From positions 310,001 through 374,000 of the forward strand of contig ML996688.1 of the NCBI GenBank assembly GCA_010356995.1: a DNA stretch of 64,000 nt, read 5' to 3'. This stretch comes from Trichodelitschia bisporula. Its lineage: Eukaryota. The translations under genes were made by a program, and so were the position numbers. Under the pieces are notes generated by a model. That model did not search any database. It was not told the DNA's origin and saw only the letters and a list, made by a program, of their open reading frames with translations. Below, piece after piece: positions 1-14,906 of the stretch; within the stretch, counting starts at the first letter, position 1; each line of letters opens with the position of its first letter.

Positions 1-1750
1 CAGCAGCCTCCAGGTCCCCGACCTCCCGCCGTACTATCTTCTCTACCACCCTCCCCCTCTCCTCCGCCCCTATCTCCATCATCTCTGACGAGGGCCGCCC
101 AACCACACACGCATTCCGCGTACTCGGTATTCTCAGCATCTCCTTCTCAACCCTGAACCCTAGCTCCGCGGACAGGGAGGCGACGTACGCCGTCAGCGCG
201 GCGTAGGCGGAGGGCGGTTTGGATTTGCGGGCTAGGGAACCGGCTTTTGGGCCGGGACCGTCGGCGGAAGGGGATGTGGCAGAGTGTAGAGGGTCGGCAA
301 TGGATGGGGAGGGCGTTGAGGCGGTGGGACTGGTAGTAGAGAAGCGGGTGCGAGCCCCAGCTAGGTCATGACTACAACACGGAATCGCCACAAACGCACT
401 CGCCGACAGACTTGCCAGCAGTGGCGTCCAGGGCGTGAGTTCGTCGGCGTGGTTGGCAATTAGGAAGGTGTGGGGGGGGAAAAGGCCGTTGTGCCATGGG
501 GTTCCACCCTCTGAACCACCAGGGGCAGGTGGGGCAGAGTCTGGTGTAGGTCCGGAGGCCGGAGAGTCTGATGTGGGTTCGGCGGCAGAAGTATCTGGTG
601 TTGACTGGGGAGCAGGCGTGCCCGCGGCGTCTTGGAAGACTCGGGGAACGAGGAGGAGCTCTTTGAGATGGGCGGAGGTGGAAGGGGGCAGAGCGGACCA
701 CGTCTTGCGCGCGCGCGCATCGAAGCCCCATCCTTCCCACCCCTCGGAGCGGAGGATGTGGACTAGAAGGCCGTTGCCGCAGCCAATGTCGACGAAGCCG
801 GGGAACGGGGGCCTTTCTTCCCCTCCCCCCTCCTTCCCCCTTCCCTCATCCCCCTCTCCGCCCGGCCTCCGAGGAGCCGCATACACCCCCCCCCAAACCT
901 CAACCAAAAACGCTGCAATCCCCAAATCCTCAAACACATGCTTACTCGGATCCGTCGTCTCCACCCAGCCCTCAATCAATCTTCTCGCATATGTGCCCTT
1001 CAACCGGGTATACGTATCCTGCACCGCCTTTTGCGGGACGAGCAGGTCGTGATGCACGCGCTTTGTGTAGCCTGCTTTTTGGCCTAGACTGTGCTTGGTG
1101 ATGATTTGGGCGAGGGCGAGGGCCGTGCGGGTGAGGCGCGGGGTGAGGGGGGTGGTGGGGAAGAGGGCGTAGTGGATTGATAGGGAGCCGGCGTTGGGGT
1201 TAGAGGAGTTGGAGGGGGGGCCTGAGGCAGGGGAGATGTGTTGGAAGGCGAGGGCGCGGACGGTTGGGTGGTAGTACGGCATATCGTCGGGCGAGGTTAC
1301 GTGCGGGATATACAGCACGACACTCTCCTCCTCCCCACCGGCGGTGGTGCGGCTGAAGAGATGGCATGTCTGCACCAGACTCGCATCCAGCGCCGGATTC
1401 CGCGGCACGAGGCGGCGGACAAAAGTCCTTGTCCTCTCATACCCGGGGACGGAAGCAGGAAGGGGGCGCAACTCGGGCTTCATGTGGCGGGTGAAGGAGT
1501 CCGCCTCTGTGCCGTCGGCGGAGGGGAGGGAGGCGTCATTGTCGCTGTCGTAGTAGATCTCGGCGCGGAAGAGGTAGCTGCTCGTGATGTTGGGGTTGCG
1601 AATTAGGTTTAGCATTACTTTGCTGAAGAATTCGAGCTCGTAGGGAGCCGGGGTGCGGAGGATGGAGAGCCATGTTTCGCCTGGGATATTGAAGGTTGGT
1701 TCATCTAGGGTTAGGTCGGTAGTGTCGATGGGGGTTGCGGTGGGAGGCAT
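1..1750 (-). CDS. TRM44: tRNA (uracil-O(2)-)-methyltransferase, 3' end outside the window
   Basis: Absent from the ORF track because the stop is outside the window. Manual translation from ATG 1750 gives MPPTATP..., then RNPNITSSYLFRAEI, VRRLVPRNP, YIPHV..PYYHP, YTKRVHHD, KHVFEDLGIAAFL, FVDIGCGNGLLVHIL, NHADELTPW, IPCCSHDL and MLRIPSTRN, all typical of Trm44. Apparently intronless. Confidence 0.92.
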   Translation of the reverse strand, partial: MPPTATPIDTTDLTLDEPTFNIPGETWLSILRTPAPYELEFFSKVMLNLIRNPNITSSYLFRAEIYYDSDNDASLPSADGTEADSFTRHMKPELRPLPASVPGYERTRTFVRRLVPRNPALDASLVQTCHLFSRTTAGGEEESVVLYIPHVTSPDDMPYYHPTVRALAFQHISPASGPPSNSSNPNAGSLSIHYALFPTTPLTPRLTRTALALAQIITKHSLGQKAGYTKRVHHDLLVPQKAVQDTYTRLKGTYARRLIEGWVETTDPSKHVFEDLGIAAFLVEVWGGVYAAPRRPGGEGDEGRGKEGGGEERPPFPGFVDIGCGNGLLVHILRSEGWEGWGFDARARKTWSALPPSTSAHLKELLLVPRVFQDAAGTPAPQSTPDTSAAEPTSDSPASGPTPDSAPPAPGGSEGGTPWHNGLFPPHTFLIANHADELTPWTPLLASLSASAFVAIPCCSHDLAGARTRFSTTSPTASTPSPSIADPLHSATSPSADGPGPKAGSLARKSKPPSAYAALTAYVASLSAELGFRVEKEMLRIPSTRNACVVGRPSSEMMEIGAEERGRVVEKIVRREVGDLEAA

Positions 1751-2023
1751 TTGGTGGTTTGGTTGCTGGTTTATGGGGGGAGGTTAAGGTGAGGTTGGGG
1801 GACAGGGTCGCGAGAGCATGTGATATCGCGATGATTCTTCGCGTCTAGATTTTGGATTATTGAATCGCTTTGACCAGTCTCAAGATATGGTCAAATTGAA
1901 CATGATCGGAAAGCTATCTTCCCTTCATTCAAACCGGCAGCCACAAGGCCACACCTCATCCATTGCAAACACGCATATGCCAACCGGCTTTTCAACCCCC
2001 ACACCCCCATTCCCACCCTCCCC

Positions 2024-2652
2024 TCACGCATGACTCTTCTTCCCCTCATAATAATGCGCCATCTCAAGTCCCGCTCTCTTAAACCCACACTTAACATAAA
2101 ACCCCTCATTCGCATCCGAGCAATCCAAAATCGACTACCCCGATTAGCCCACCTCCCCACCCCACACCGTCTTTCACTCTCACATACCTTATAGCACCCA
2201 ACCTGCTCCGCAATATGATCCAGCGCCTGAATAATCCGCAGGCCCAGCTTCTTCCCCTGCTGATCCTTCGCCACCGCGATATCCTCGATATGCCCGACCA
2301 GACCCAAGTTATGAATACTGTCCCCATTAGCCCACCCCCCTTTCAACCCGCTAGGCCGCACTCACAACTTCCTCTCCACAACCAGCGCCCCCGTCCCCAC
2401 AATCCTCCCCCCACTCTCATCCAGCACGACCAGCAGGAAGTACTCATCATTGCGATTCTTCATCCACGCGTAGCGCTCCGCCCACGCGGCCTCACTGACC
2501 TCGCCCACCGTCGTGAGCACCCGGAGTACATCCAGGTGTCCGAGCGCGTAGTCCGTGGCCTGCAACGGTCGGCAGGTATATCCCTCTGGCAGGTCGGCGA
2601 GGACGGCTGGGGAGATGAGGGAGGGGGAGAAGAGCGGGGTTGAGTCGGTCAT
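2024..2652 (-). CDS. GNA1: Glucosamine-6-phosphate N-acetyltransferase (GNAT family), 3 exons
   Basis: ORF 2362-2652 (LDVLRVLTTVG, GTGALVVERK) splices to FIHNLGLVGHIEDIAVAKDQQGKKLG...VGCYK, then to SILDCSDANEGFYVKCGFKRAGLEM. Stop TGA at 2024-2026; both introns have GT..CTAAT..AG signals. Confidence 0.95.
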
Positions 2653-3072
2653 TGTGAAGGTGGGGCGGCGGTAGTCGGTTGGACGGTGGGAGAGCGGAGG
2701 GTAAGCTTCTTCAGCTTCAGCCGAATATGCCTAGATAATTTGGCAGCGAAGGAGCGAGATGTGCGACGGTGAGGCCGGCAGCGTCAGCTTGCGCGGGGTC
2801 AGTTGAGGTTCGAATGCCAAGAGAAGGCGGGGTGGGGCTGTTGGGATGTCGGCGGGGGTGCTGCAGGGTGACGGCAGAAGGCTGAGGCGGGCTATATCAT
2901 TCCTCCTTTAGGGCCGGAACGACACTTTGGCGCTGATTACCTGTGTGGATCACAGGCTCCATACTCTGAAATCATCTTCATCTTCCCAACTGCAGGAACC
3001 AAAGGCATAACCACGTACATTACCCAGCCGCAACCCACAAAAATGCATACATATACCAAAACGCTAACAAGA

Positions 3073-4880
3073 CTACGCCCCCTCCCCCTCCCCGCTTCTC
3101 CTCCTCCGCTTCCACCACTTAAGCTTAAACCACCCGCCCTCCTCCCCCTGGTCCTCCCCTCTCCGTCCCAGACTCCACCCCCTCCCCCTCGTCCGCGGAA
3201 CCACAAGCCCCCTCCCCTCCGGCTCCCCATCCGTCGTCTCATCATCATGTTCGTGTTCCTCCTCGGCCAGCGGCCGAGCAGGCCTCGACCTCCCCGCCTC
3301 CCACGGAGCCCAGTTATCCATACTCGGCCAGCGGAGCCTCGTCCCCGGCCTCCTCGCCGGCAACGTACCACCGCGCCTCGCACCAGGGCCAAACCGGACC
3401 GTGCGAGACGCGCCCGGCGAGCCGGAGTGCGTAGACCAGGACCCCGACAAACGACGATCACCGCGGTCATGCAGCTCGTCCCAGATCTCGCTCGTTTCAT
3501 TCGTGAGGGTGAGACGGCGGGGCTTGGTCGGGCGGAGGGCGCCCTTCTTCTTGCCCGGGCGCTGGGAGTACATGGGTGCGGTGGTGGTGCGGAGGAGCGG
3601 CGTGTTTTCCGAGGGACGCAGGGAGTGTGCGTGTGTGATGGCTTCTTCGTCGTCGGCGGGTCGGAGGTAGGGCGAGGGTGGGGCCGATTCTTCGCCGCCT
3701 TCTGTGTTGAGCAGGCCCATGCCTGGTGTTAGGGCGGTTTGTGGAGTGGGAATGCGGGCTTTCGCTCCGGCTGCTGGTGCACCGGGCGCGTGTTCCGGCT
3801 CCAGGCGCCAGCTCAGTGCGAAGACGCCGCCGAGTAGGATGACTGTTCCGACGGCGATGAGTGCCGCGTGTACCGCCGACAACCGGGACGCTTGTTGAAA
3901 GTAGATAAGGCCGTCTAGGATGGCGACAATATTGTAAATGCAAAAGACAAAGGGATACAGGACACTAGTGGAAACCAGTCGCAGGCCGCAATGCAGGTAG
4001 TACAGCTGAGTCAACGCAAAAAACACGAGTCCCACGAGGATCATCCACGACTGCCAGCGGTTGAACTGGTTGACATGGTCGACGATGGTCCGGACGACCA
4101 GTTCCACGGCCGATTTGGCAATGAGTAAGCAATGCGCTGAAAGGATACCGCTGATGCATCCAAAGGACATGCCGCGGATGAGGCGGAGGCGGTGTGTATT
4201 ATGGTGATAGGCCCGCTCGAGGAACCATTGCCCGACCAGGATGACAATAATGATGAAAAATGTACCGAATAACCAGAGGAGAAACTGGTGGCGTCCAAGC
4301 AAGAATAGCAGCTGAGTGAGGTTGTGCGACGGCTCCGTCAGAGCGCCGAACGTGCCGATCAGCACCGCCCCAGTTGCGACAAGAGCCGTCCCTATTATCG
4401 ACCATCTAGTAAAAGGTTCGTCGAGGATGATAGTTGCGCAGGCGGTATTAAAGACAAGGCCGGACTGCAACCGTTAGATGCGGAACGCTTTGGGCCTACA
4501 AACTTACGGCTTGCAACGTGGACAGAACCGGCAGCGGGAGAGTCGTGATTTGTATGGTACTCCCGACGATGTTGGATACCAGAAACATTAACATGCCCAA
4601 CTGTAGACCGTAAGCATGTCGTCAAGCATTCAGCTCTGTGTACACACCTGCCACCGCCTCCGCCGGTATGGTGGTCGCCGTCCATGGTGTTCCTCCTTCT
4701 GCTCCTCGAGGAGATGGGATTTGCGTTGCAGCGTCAGGCCTATGCTCTGGACACATGTTGATATTAGGCCGACGAGAACTCCAATCTAGGTTGACAAGTT
4801 AGCAGCTTGCCACCGCGGACACCGTACGGCTCCATCAAAAGACGTACCGCGACGCTCGCGCCGGCCGATAGATCCGGCAT
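3073..4880 (-). CDS. NIPA/DUF803-family (Mg2+ transporter-like) multi-pass membrane protein, 4 exons
   Basis: ATG 4880 MPDLSAGASVA | IGVLVGLISTCVQSIGLTLQRKSH...RRRRWQ | LGMLMFLVSNIVGSTIQITTLPLPVLSTLQA | SGLVFN..., continuing in the 465-aa ORF. Several hydrophobic helices, TQLYYLH and LDGLIYF motifs, disordered C-terminus. Confidence 0.85.
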
Positions 4881-5497
4881 TCCGAAGTAAGAATGCTACC
4901 GCACAGCTCTATACATCATAGGCAGGGCACGGCTGAGGAGAAATGGTCGATTCGCAGAGGTTGTCGGGCTCTCACGGTGGGGTCGGTGAAAGCGCCGTGA
5001 TTGTCGAATGAGAGAGCGCGCGTGATGCGGACAGGCACGCCTGGCGAGACCGGAGGCCGACGGAGTGCGTACGGTTTTACAGAGATCAGCCGCACGAAGA
5101 GAGGTGCAGGACGTGATGCTGGTGGTGATTGTCGAAGGCTTGAGAGGAGCAGGGTAGGTGAGTTAACTTGCTGAAGCGTCGAGAGGTTGAGAGGAATGGT
5201 GATTTGAGCTGGGAGTTGCTGCGGGTTGGGGTTTCAGAGGACAAGTCCGAACAGGGCAGATGTCATCTGCTTTGAGGCCTTGCATGTCACCGCTACGCGT
5301 CATTGGCTGAAACTGGTCATACCCCATTGCTCCCTTGCGCAGTGCTCGGCGGTCCCGCTTGGGCTAAGGGCGAACGAGCTGTATCGGAGCTTCAACTTGC
5401 AACCCCACCAACTGCTCCAACTCTGCTGCAGTAACTCTAGCAACATACCCCAGGTCCTCACTCGACACACCATTTGGCCTCTTATACGACCTTTATA

Positions 5498-6292
5498 ATG
5501 GCGAGCAAACATGCCTTGTCCGACGAGCAAGTGAGTCTCTGCGACCCCTCCCAAGTTGCCTAGAGCTTGCATACGAGATAACCCCAGGTCTCGAGCGAGC
5601 TCAAGAAGATGACAGCCTTCATCCGGCAAGAAGCCATCGAAAAGGCCCACGAAATTGAGCTCAAGGCCGACGAGGAGTTTGCTATCGAGAAGAGCAAGCT
5701 CGTGCGCCAGGAGACCGCCGCAATCGATGCCACGTACGAAAAGAAGTTCAAGCAGGCTCAAATGTCGCAACAAATCACCAGCTCCACGGTCTCCAACAAG
5801 TCACGGTTACGTGTACTCAGCGCCCGCCAGGAGCTGCTCGACGGGTTGTTTGAGGAGTCGACCAAGAAGCTGCCGAGCTACACCAAGGATAAGAAGAAGT
5901 ACCAAGAGATCCTCAAGGGCCTTATTCTCGAGGGCCTCTACGCTCTCAACGAGCCGGCTGTTCAAGTTCGTGCGCGCAAAGCCGACTACGACGTTGTCAA
6001 GAAAGCCATCGCGGATGCGGAGAAGGAGTACCAGGAGAAGGTTGGCAGCGAGACGAAGGCCGAGATCGACGAGTCTGACCCTCTGCCGGAGGGCTCGTAA
6101 GTACCCCGTTTCCCGTGCAGGATCATATTGACAAGCTATAGATCTGGCGGAGTGTCCATCGTTGGCGGTAACGGCAAGATCGAAGTGAACAACACGCTGG
6201 AGGAGAGGCTAAAGCTGCTTGAATACTCCGCGCTGCCGGCAATCCGGGTGACGCTGTTCGGCGAGAACCAGAACCGCAAATTCCACGACTGA
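5498..6292 (+). CDS. VMA4: V-ATPase V1 subunit E, 3 exons
   Basis: [11 protein letters not shown] | [42 protein letters not shown]... | [49 protein letters not shown]. Introns 5531-5587 and 6097-6141. Confidence 0.96.
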
Positions 6293-6731
6293 GCGTTGCA
6301 CTGAAGGGCCTTTGGGGGATGTGCCAATGAGCAGCAATGTCAAGCCTAATACGCAGCACATTGCGCCTGTGAGCATGGAGACTTGTAGTATACTGGTGCT
6401 TCTTTAGCTTGTGGAAGTGGGGCAGGGTCCATAGATTGATGATGCTCGAGCGTTCAGCTGTTGGAGAAGTGGCCAGTTCTTTTCCCAGCGGGGAGCCAGG
6501 TGTTTGAATTATTGGCAAGCAACCTCGAGATTTGATCATTAAATATATCCACATTTCACGATGCTGTGGTACTGCGATACTTTTACGAGGCAGCAAGTGT
6601 CTCGCTCCTGGTGAGATGGAAGGTGGCCCGAGCGCCCGTGCAAGCAAGTGACTGTACGTCAACCCAGCAGCAGCTCAGCTTGAGCATCAAACTCTCGAAC
6701 CCCTTTCAACACCACCCCCACAACCGCAACG

Positions 6732-7958
6732 ATGCTGGTCTCTCTTACCGTCGGCAAAGTCGATGCCGGCATGGCTGTCCTCCTCACAGAGGACAAGCGA
6801 ATTGTGAGTGGTCCCCGCCTTGCTGGCGTGACAGGCGCAAGGTAGCTCAGAACCTCCGTTAACAGTCCTTAGATCGAGTTTCCCTCTGTGCTTCTCCCTC
6901 CGGACATCACCTCAGGGTGTATTGTCGATATCACAGTGGCGCGGAACCTGACATCGGAAAATACTGCACACAAGGCCTTTTCCAACTTGCAAGAAACCAT
7001 CTACCAAACTTTTGGCGTTCGCTCGCCCGTTGCTCCTGTCCTCCGCTGCCGCAACGCTACTCAAACCTCCTTCGTGCTCGAATGGGATCCCATACAACTG
7101 GCCACCGCGGAGCTGCGGAGCCTGAGCCTGTACCGTAATGGCAGCAAGGCTGGCAGCATTCCCCGACCCACGGAGATGCAGAGCACCAAGATCAGCGGAC
7201 TGGCCATCGATACCGAGTACAACTTTCACCTCGTTCTACGCACATCCGCCGGCACATACACCAGCGACAAGCTCAACATTCGTACGCACAAGATGACTGA
7301 TCTGTCAGGCATCACCGTGACGCCGGGCGTGATGCCAGCATCACTCAAGGAGTCGCTCGCCAACGCCGTGAGCAGGATCGGTGCCCGCATGATTGAGACA
7401 GTCAGGATCGATACCACACACTTTGTCTGCACAGAGGGGCGGGGCCAGGCGTGGGAGAGGGCTGTCGAGATGAACATTCCCGTCGTAGTTCCAGACTGGG
7501 TGTTGGGATGCGAACGTGAAGGCAGGATAGTCGGCGTCAGAGGATACTATCTCAACGCGGACCCGAAGATGCGGCCCATCGGTCCCTCTATTCCACAAGG
7601 TCAGGCTGCGCCCAAGAGCCCTCCGCGACAGCAAGGCACCCCACGCACAGAAATCACTCCGCCTACTCCGGAACGGGAGAATATCAGCCGGAGATCGAGA
7701 GCAGACAGCGAGGATGACCCCAGGCCAACTCCTCCGCCAAAGTCTCCCAGGCAGCAGCAACAGGAAGCACCACGGGCGGGACATCAGCCGCTACCTAGCA
7801 GTCCGCAGGGAAAGGAGCCTTCTGAAAGCGACAGCGAATCGACTGAAAAGGGAAGCAGAGGAACCACCCCCGAGCCAGCTGGTGCGCGCAAGCCGACAGT
7901 TGAGGACGACAAGGACGACAGGGACGACAGCAGCAGCTTCCAAGATGTTGCCTTGTAG
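6732..7958 (+). CDS. CHS5: Chitin biosynthesis protein Chs5 (exomer scaffold; FN3 + BRCT), 2 exons
   Basis: MLVSLTVGKVDAGMAVLLTEDKRI | IEFPSVLLPPDITSGCIVDITVARN, then an FN3 segment (LRCRNATQTSFVLEWDP), a BRCT segment (DTTHFVCTEGRG..WERAVEMNIPVVVPDW) and an acidic/Pro-rich tail. Confidence 0.95.
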
Positions 7959-8578
7959 ACATGGCGGTGTGATGATTTTTCTCTTTGATACCTAGTGGTA
8001 TTGGGGAGCGACTCGTTTGGCGCAACAGGTGGTTCGGAAGGTTGGCTGGAAAGATTCATTGCCTTGCGATAAAGCTATCGTGCGGAGGGAAGCAACAGTT
8101 ACTTCGGGGATTTGCAATGGGACTTGTTACTCGGTGAAGCCGTTGGCTACTTGTCGATTAATCGTCAAAGTAATAACGGTTGTATGGGCCGTGCTTACTG
8201 TTCTACAGTAGTAAAACGTAACCAATCTTTCAAGTACATGTAAAACTCTCCCGAGTGTTCTCCCGGTACCCGAACATGTTGCCGTGATGCCGCCTGTCCG
8301 AGAGCCGATTACGATATCGATCGATAAGGCATCCCTCAATTGGGCGACGCCGTCATCGGGGTTGCGCAGATTTTTGTTCCGGGCGCACCCGTTTCCACTG
8401 AGCTCCACCAAGGTCGACGAACCGTCCGAAAACCCTCTTGTGCTTCTTCTCCATAAAGTGCATCGTGGCATTCCTTTCCTAGAACATCTCTACGCAGAAC
8501 ACAAGACCTAGGAGAAGCTGGAGCCGAAAATCACCTACCAAAGCTGCCAATTTTCACCCCGCAATCAATTCCTCGGCC

Positions 8579-10284
8579 ATGATTCGTTTAATCGCGCCCA
8601 AACTCCGTCATACCGAGGGCCTCCGGCCTGTCGCACATGCCTGCAAAGCTGCCCGCCAGCTCCCCACCACACTGTCAAGCAACAACCGCGCAGCCTTCTC
8701 TATCGCCGCAAACCGACGATTGACTGCGCCCTCGAACCGTTACCCTAGCACTATCCGCACATTCACATCGTCCGCAACCATGAGCGAAGCTACCCGCACC
8801 GAGTCGGACGCCTTTGGCGAGATCCAGGTCCCCGCCGACAAGTACTGGGGCGCGCAGACGGAGCGCTCGCTGGAGAACTTCAAGATCAACCAGCCGCAGG
8901 ATCGCATGCCGCCGCCGATTGTGCGCGCCTTCGGTATCCTGAAAGGCGCCGCGGCAACGGTCAACATGAAGTTCGGTCTGGGTGAGTGCAATTGGTCCCA
9001 GCAGCAGGTAGTTCAGGCTGACAGATTAGATCCCAAGATTGGCCAGGCTATTCAGCAGGCGGCGAAAGAGGTTGCTGATCTTAAGCACATCGACCACTTC
9101 CCCCTGGTCGTCTGGCAGACCGGCTCTGGCACGCAGTCCAACATGAATGCGAACGAAGTCATTTCAAATCGTGCGATTGAGATTCTGGGCGGCGTGAAGG
9201 GCTCCAAGAAGCCGGTGCACCCGAACGACCATGTGAACATGTCGGCCTCGTCGAACGACACCTTCCCGACCGTCATGCACATTGCGGCCGTGCTCGAGAT
9301 CGAGCAGGAGCTCATCCCGGCGCTCACGAGCTTGCGCGATGCGCTGAACAAGAAGAGCGAGCAGTTCGAGCACCTCATCAAGATCGGCCGTACCCATCTC
9401 CAGGACGCGACCCCTCTTACCCTCGGACAAGAGTTCTCCGGCTACGTTACGCAGCTCGACTTCGGCATCGAGCGCGTCAAGTCCGCTCTTCCCCGCCTGC
9501 GCATGCTCGCGCAGGGCGGTACTGCTGTCGGTACTGGCATCAACACCTTCAAGGGCTTTGCTGAGGGCATTGCCGAGGAGGTCAGCAAGATGACCGGCAC
9601 TGAGTTTATCACTGCACCCAACAAGTTCGAGGCGCTCGCCGCTCACGATGCCATCGTCGAAGCCTCGGGCCAGCTCAACACGCTCGCGACGTCGCTTTTC
9701 AAGATTGCGCAGGATATCCGCTTCCTCGGCTCCGGGCCCCGCTGCGGCCTCGGCGAGCTGAAGCTGCCGGAGAATGAGCCCGGCTCGTCGATCATGCCGG
9801 GCAAGGTCAACCCGACGCAGTGCGAGTCTTTGACTATGGTCTGCACGCAGGTGGTTGGCAACCACATGGCTGTCACGTTTGCCGGCTCGCAGGGCAACTT
9901 TGAGCTTAACGTCTTCAAGCCGGTCATGATCCGCAACCTTCTGCATAGCATCCGCATTCTGTCGGATGGTATGCGGAGCTTCGAGAAGAACCTGGTTGAG
10001 GGTCTGGAAGCGGATGAGAAGCGCATCAGCGCGATTCTGAAGGAGAGGTGAGCTATATAATTTCCTTGTGTTGACTTTTGCTAACTCCTTTCAGCTTGAT
10101 GCTTGTTACCTGCCTGAACCCTATCATCGGCTACGATATGGCCTCTAAGGTGGCAAAGAACGCCCATAAGAAGGGCCTTACGCTCAAGGAGAGTGCTATG
10201 GAGCTCAAGGCGCTGTCTGAGGAGGACTTTGATAAGTATGTGCGACCGGAGCTCATGATTGCGCCCAAGGAGGCGAAGCTCTAG
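8579..10284 (+). CDS. FUM1: Class II fumarate hydratase with N-terminal mitochondrial presequence, 3 exons
   Basis: Motifs [48 protein letters not shown] and [15 protein letters not shown]. In-frame 48-nt intron 8982-9029; second intron ~10048-10094; ends ...MIAPKEAKL*. Confidence 0.98.
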
Positions 10285-10684
10285 ATTAGAACTAAAAGGC
10301 AGTGGGGGTAAAGCGGCATTAGGAGGCGTACGGCTGTATCATATGGTCTATTTTAGCGAGCGCTGGTGCAAGTGAGGGACAGGAGGGACAGTGTTCCCTT
10401 TGGATGGGTATCCAGGTTGGAATTGATCATGAGAATTCTTTGCATCGGCATGTTGTCGTGCTCCTTGTTGAGGTGACGTTGTCATACAGAGCCAAAGCAT
10501 CAGGTAGAAAGTTTCTGTCTATGTACATCCGTAGTTCTGTCTCTCATGAACAGCGAAAGGCTGGCATCGGTTAGAGATGTGATATGACGCCGTTTCCAGC
10601 CTCCGTCTCTTATCGAGAACAAGGAGGTCCCGTTTAATCAGGCACCAAGGCATTAAAGCCATTACGTCTTGGCAAATCGTGACC

Positions 10685-10707
10685 TCGCGTCGCCGCCATT
10701 TACGCGT
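10685..10707. promoter_or_regulatory. MCB-like elements (TCGCGT, ACGCGT) ~100 bp upstream of SMC5
   Basis: ACGCGT at 10702-10707 and TCGCGT at 10685-10690. MCB boxes drive G1/S chromosome-maintenance genes in yeasts. The motifs are short, so chance is possible. Confidence 0.35.
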
Positions 10708-10803
10708 CTTTCCTACTGGTTGTGCTGCACCTCCTCACGGGACCTAACCTCGTTATCCGCAACACTCTCATGGTCTACAACTTATTGGTCATTCAACTTC
10801 AAA

Positions 10804-14416
<3,613 letters not shown>

Positions 14417-14776
14417 GGGGGGGATGGTAGGGGAGGAGAGGAGAGGGGAGGGGAGGAGATGGGAGGGGAGGGGGGCTACGGTGGGGTGGGGATCTGGGTA
14501 CGGGTTTGATGGATAGGCTGTCTTCTGAGCGATTACTACGTAAGGGTGTGAGTTCGGTGATAGTCCGCGGTGGTATGCTTAGGCTCGCAGGCGTTGTCAA
14601 TTAGCGGTATTCTGAAGCTCGTTAATGTTGTGAGTTGCCAATAATTAGTCCCTTCGGAGGCAGGCCCGCCCCCGCTCCCGCTAGCTCCAGCGCGCCCGCC
14701 CGCACCCAAAATCCCGGTACCTTAAGCCAACGCGTTTTTATATGCAGGTACCCCACCACCATACCCCCCACCTTCA

Positions 14777-14906
14777 AACAAGCATTCAACAAGCATTCAA
14801 CAAGCATTTCAACAAGCATGTCAACAAGCATGTCAACAAGCACATCAGCAAGCACATCAACAAGCACATCAACAAGCACATCAACAAGCATCTCAACAAG
14901 CATTTC
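14777..14906 (+). repeat. Minisatellite, 11 units of AACAAGCA(T/C)NTC (two 11-nt units, then nine 12-nt units)
   Basis: Read directly: aacaagcattc x2, aacaagcatttc, aacaagcatgtc x2, aacaagcacatc-type x4, aacaagcatctc, aacaagcatttc. Confidence 0.95.
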
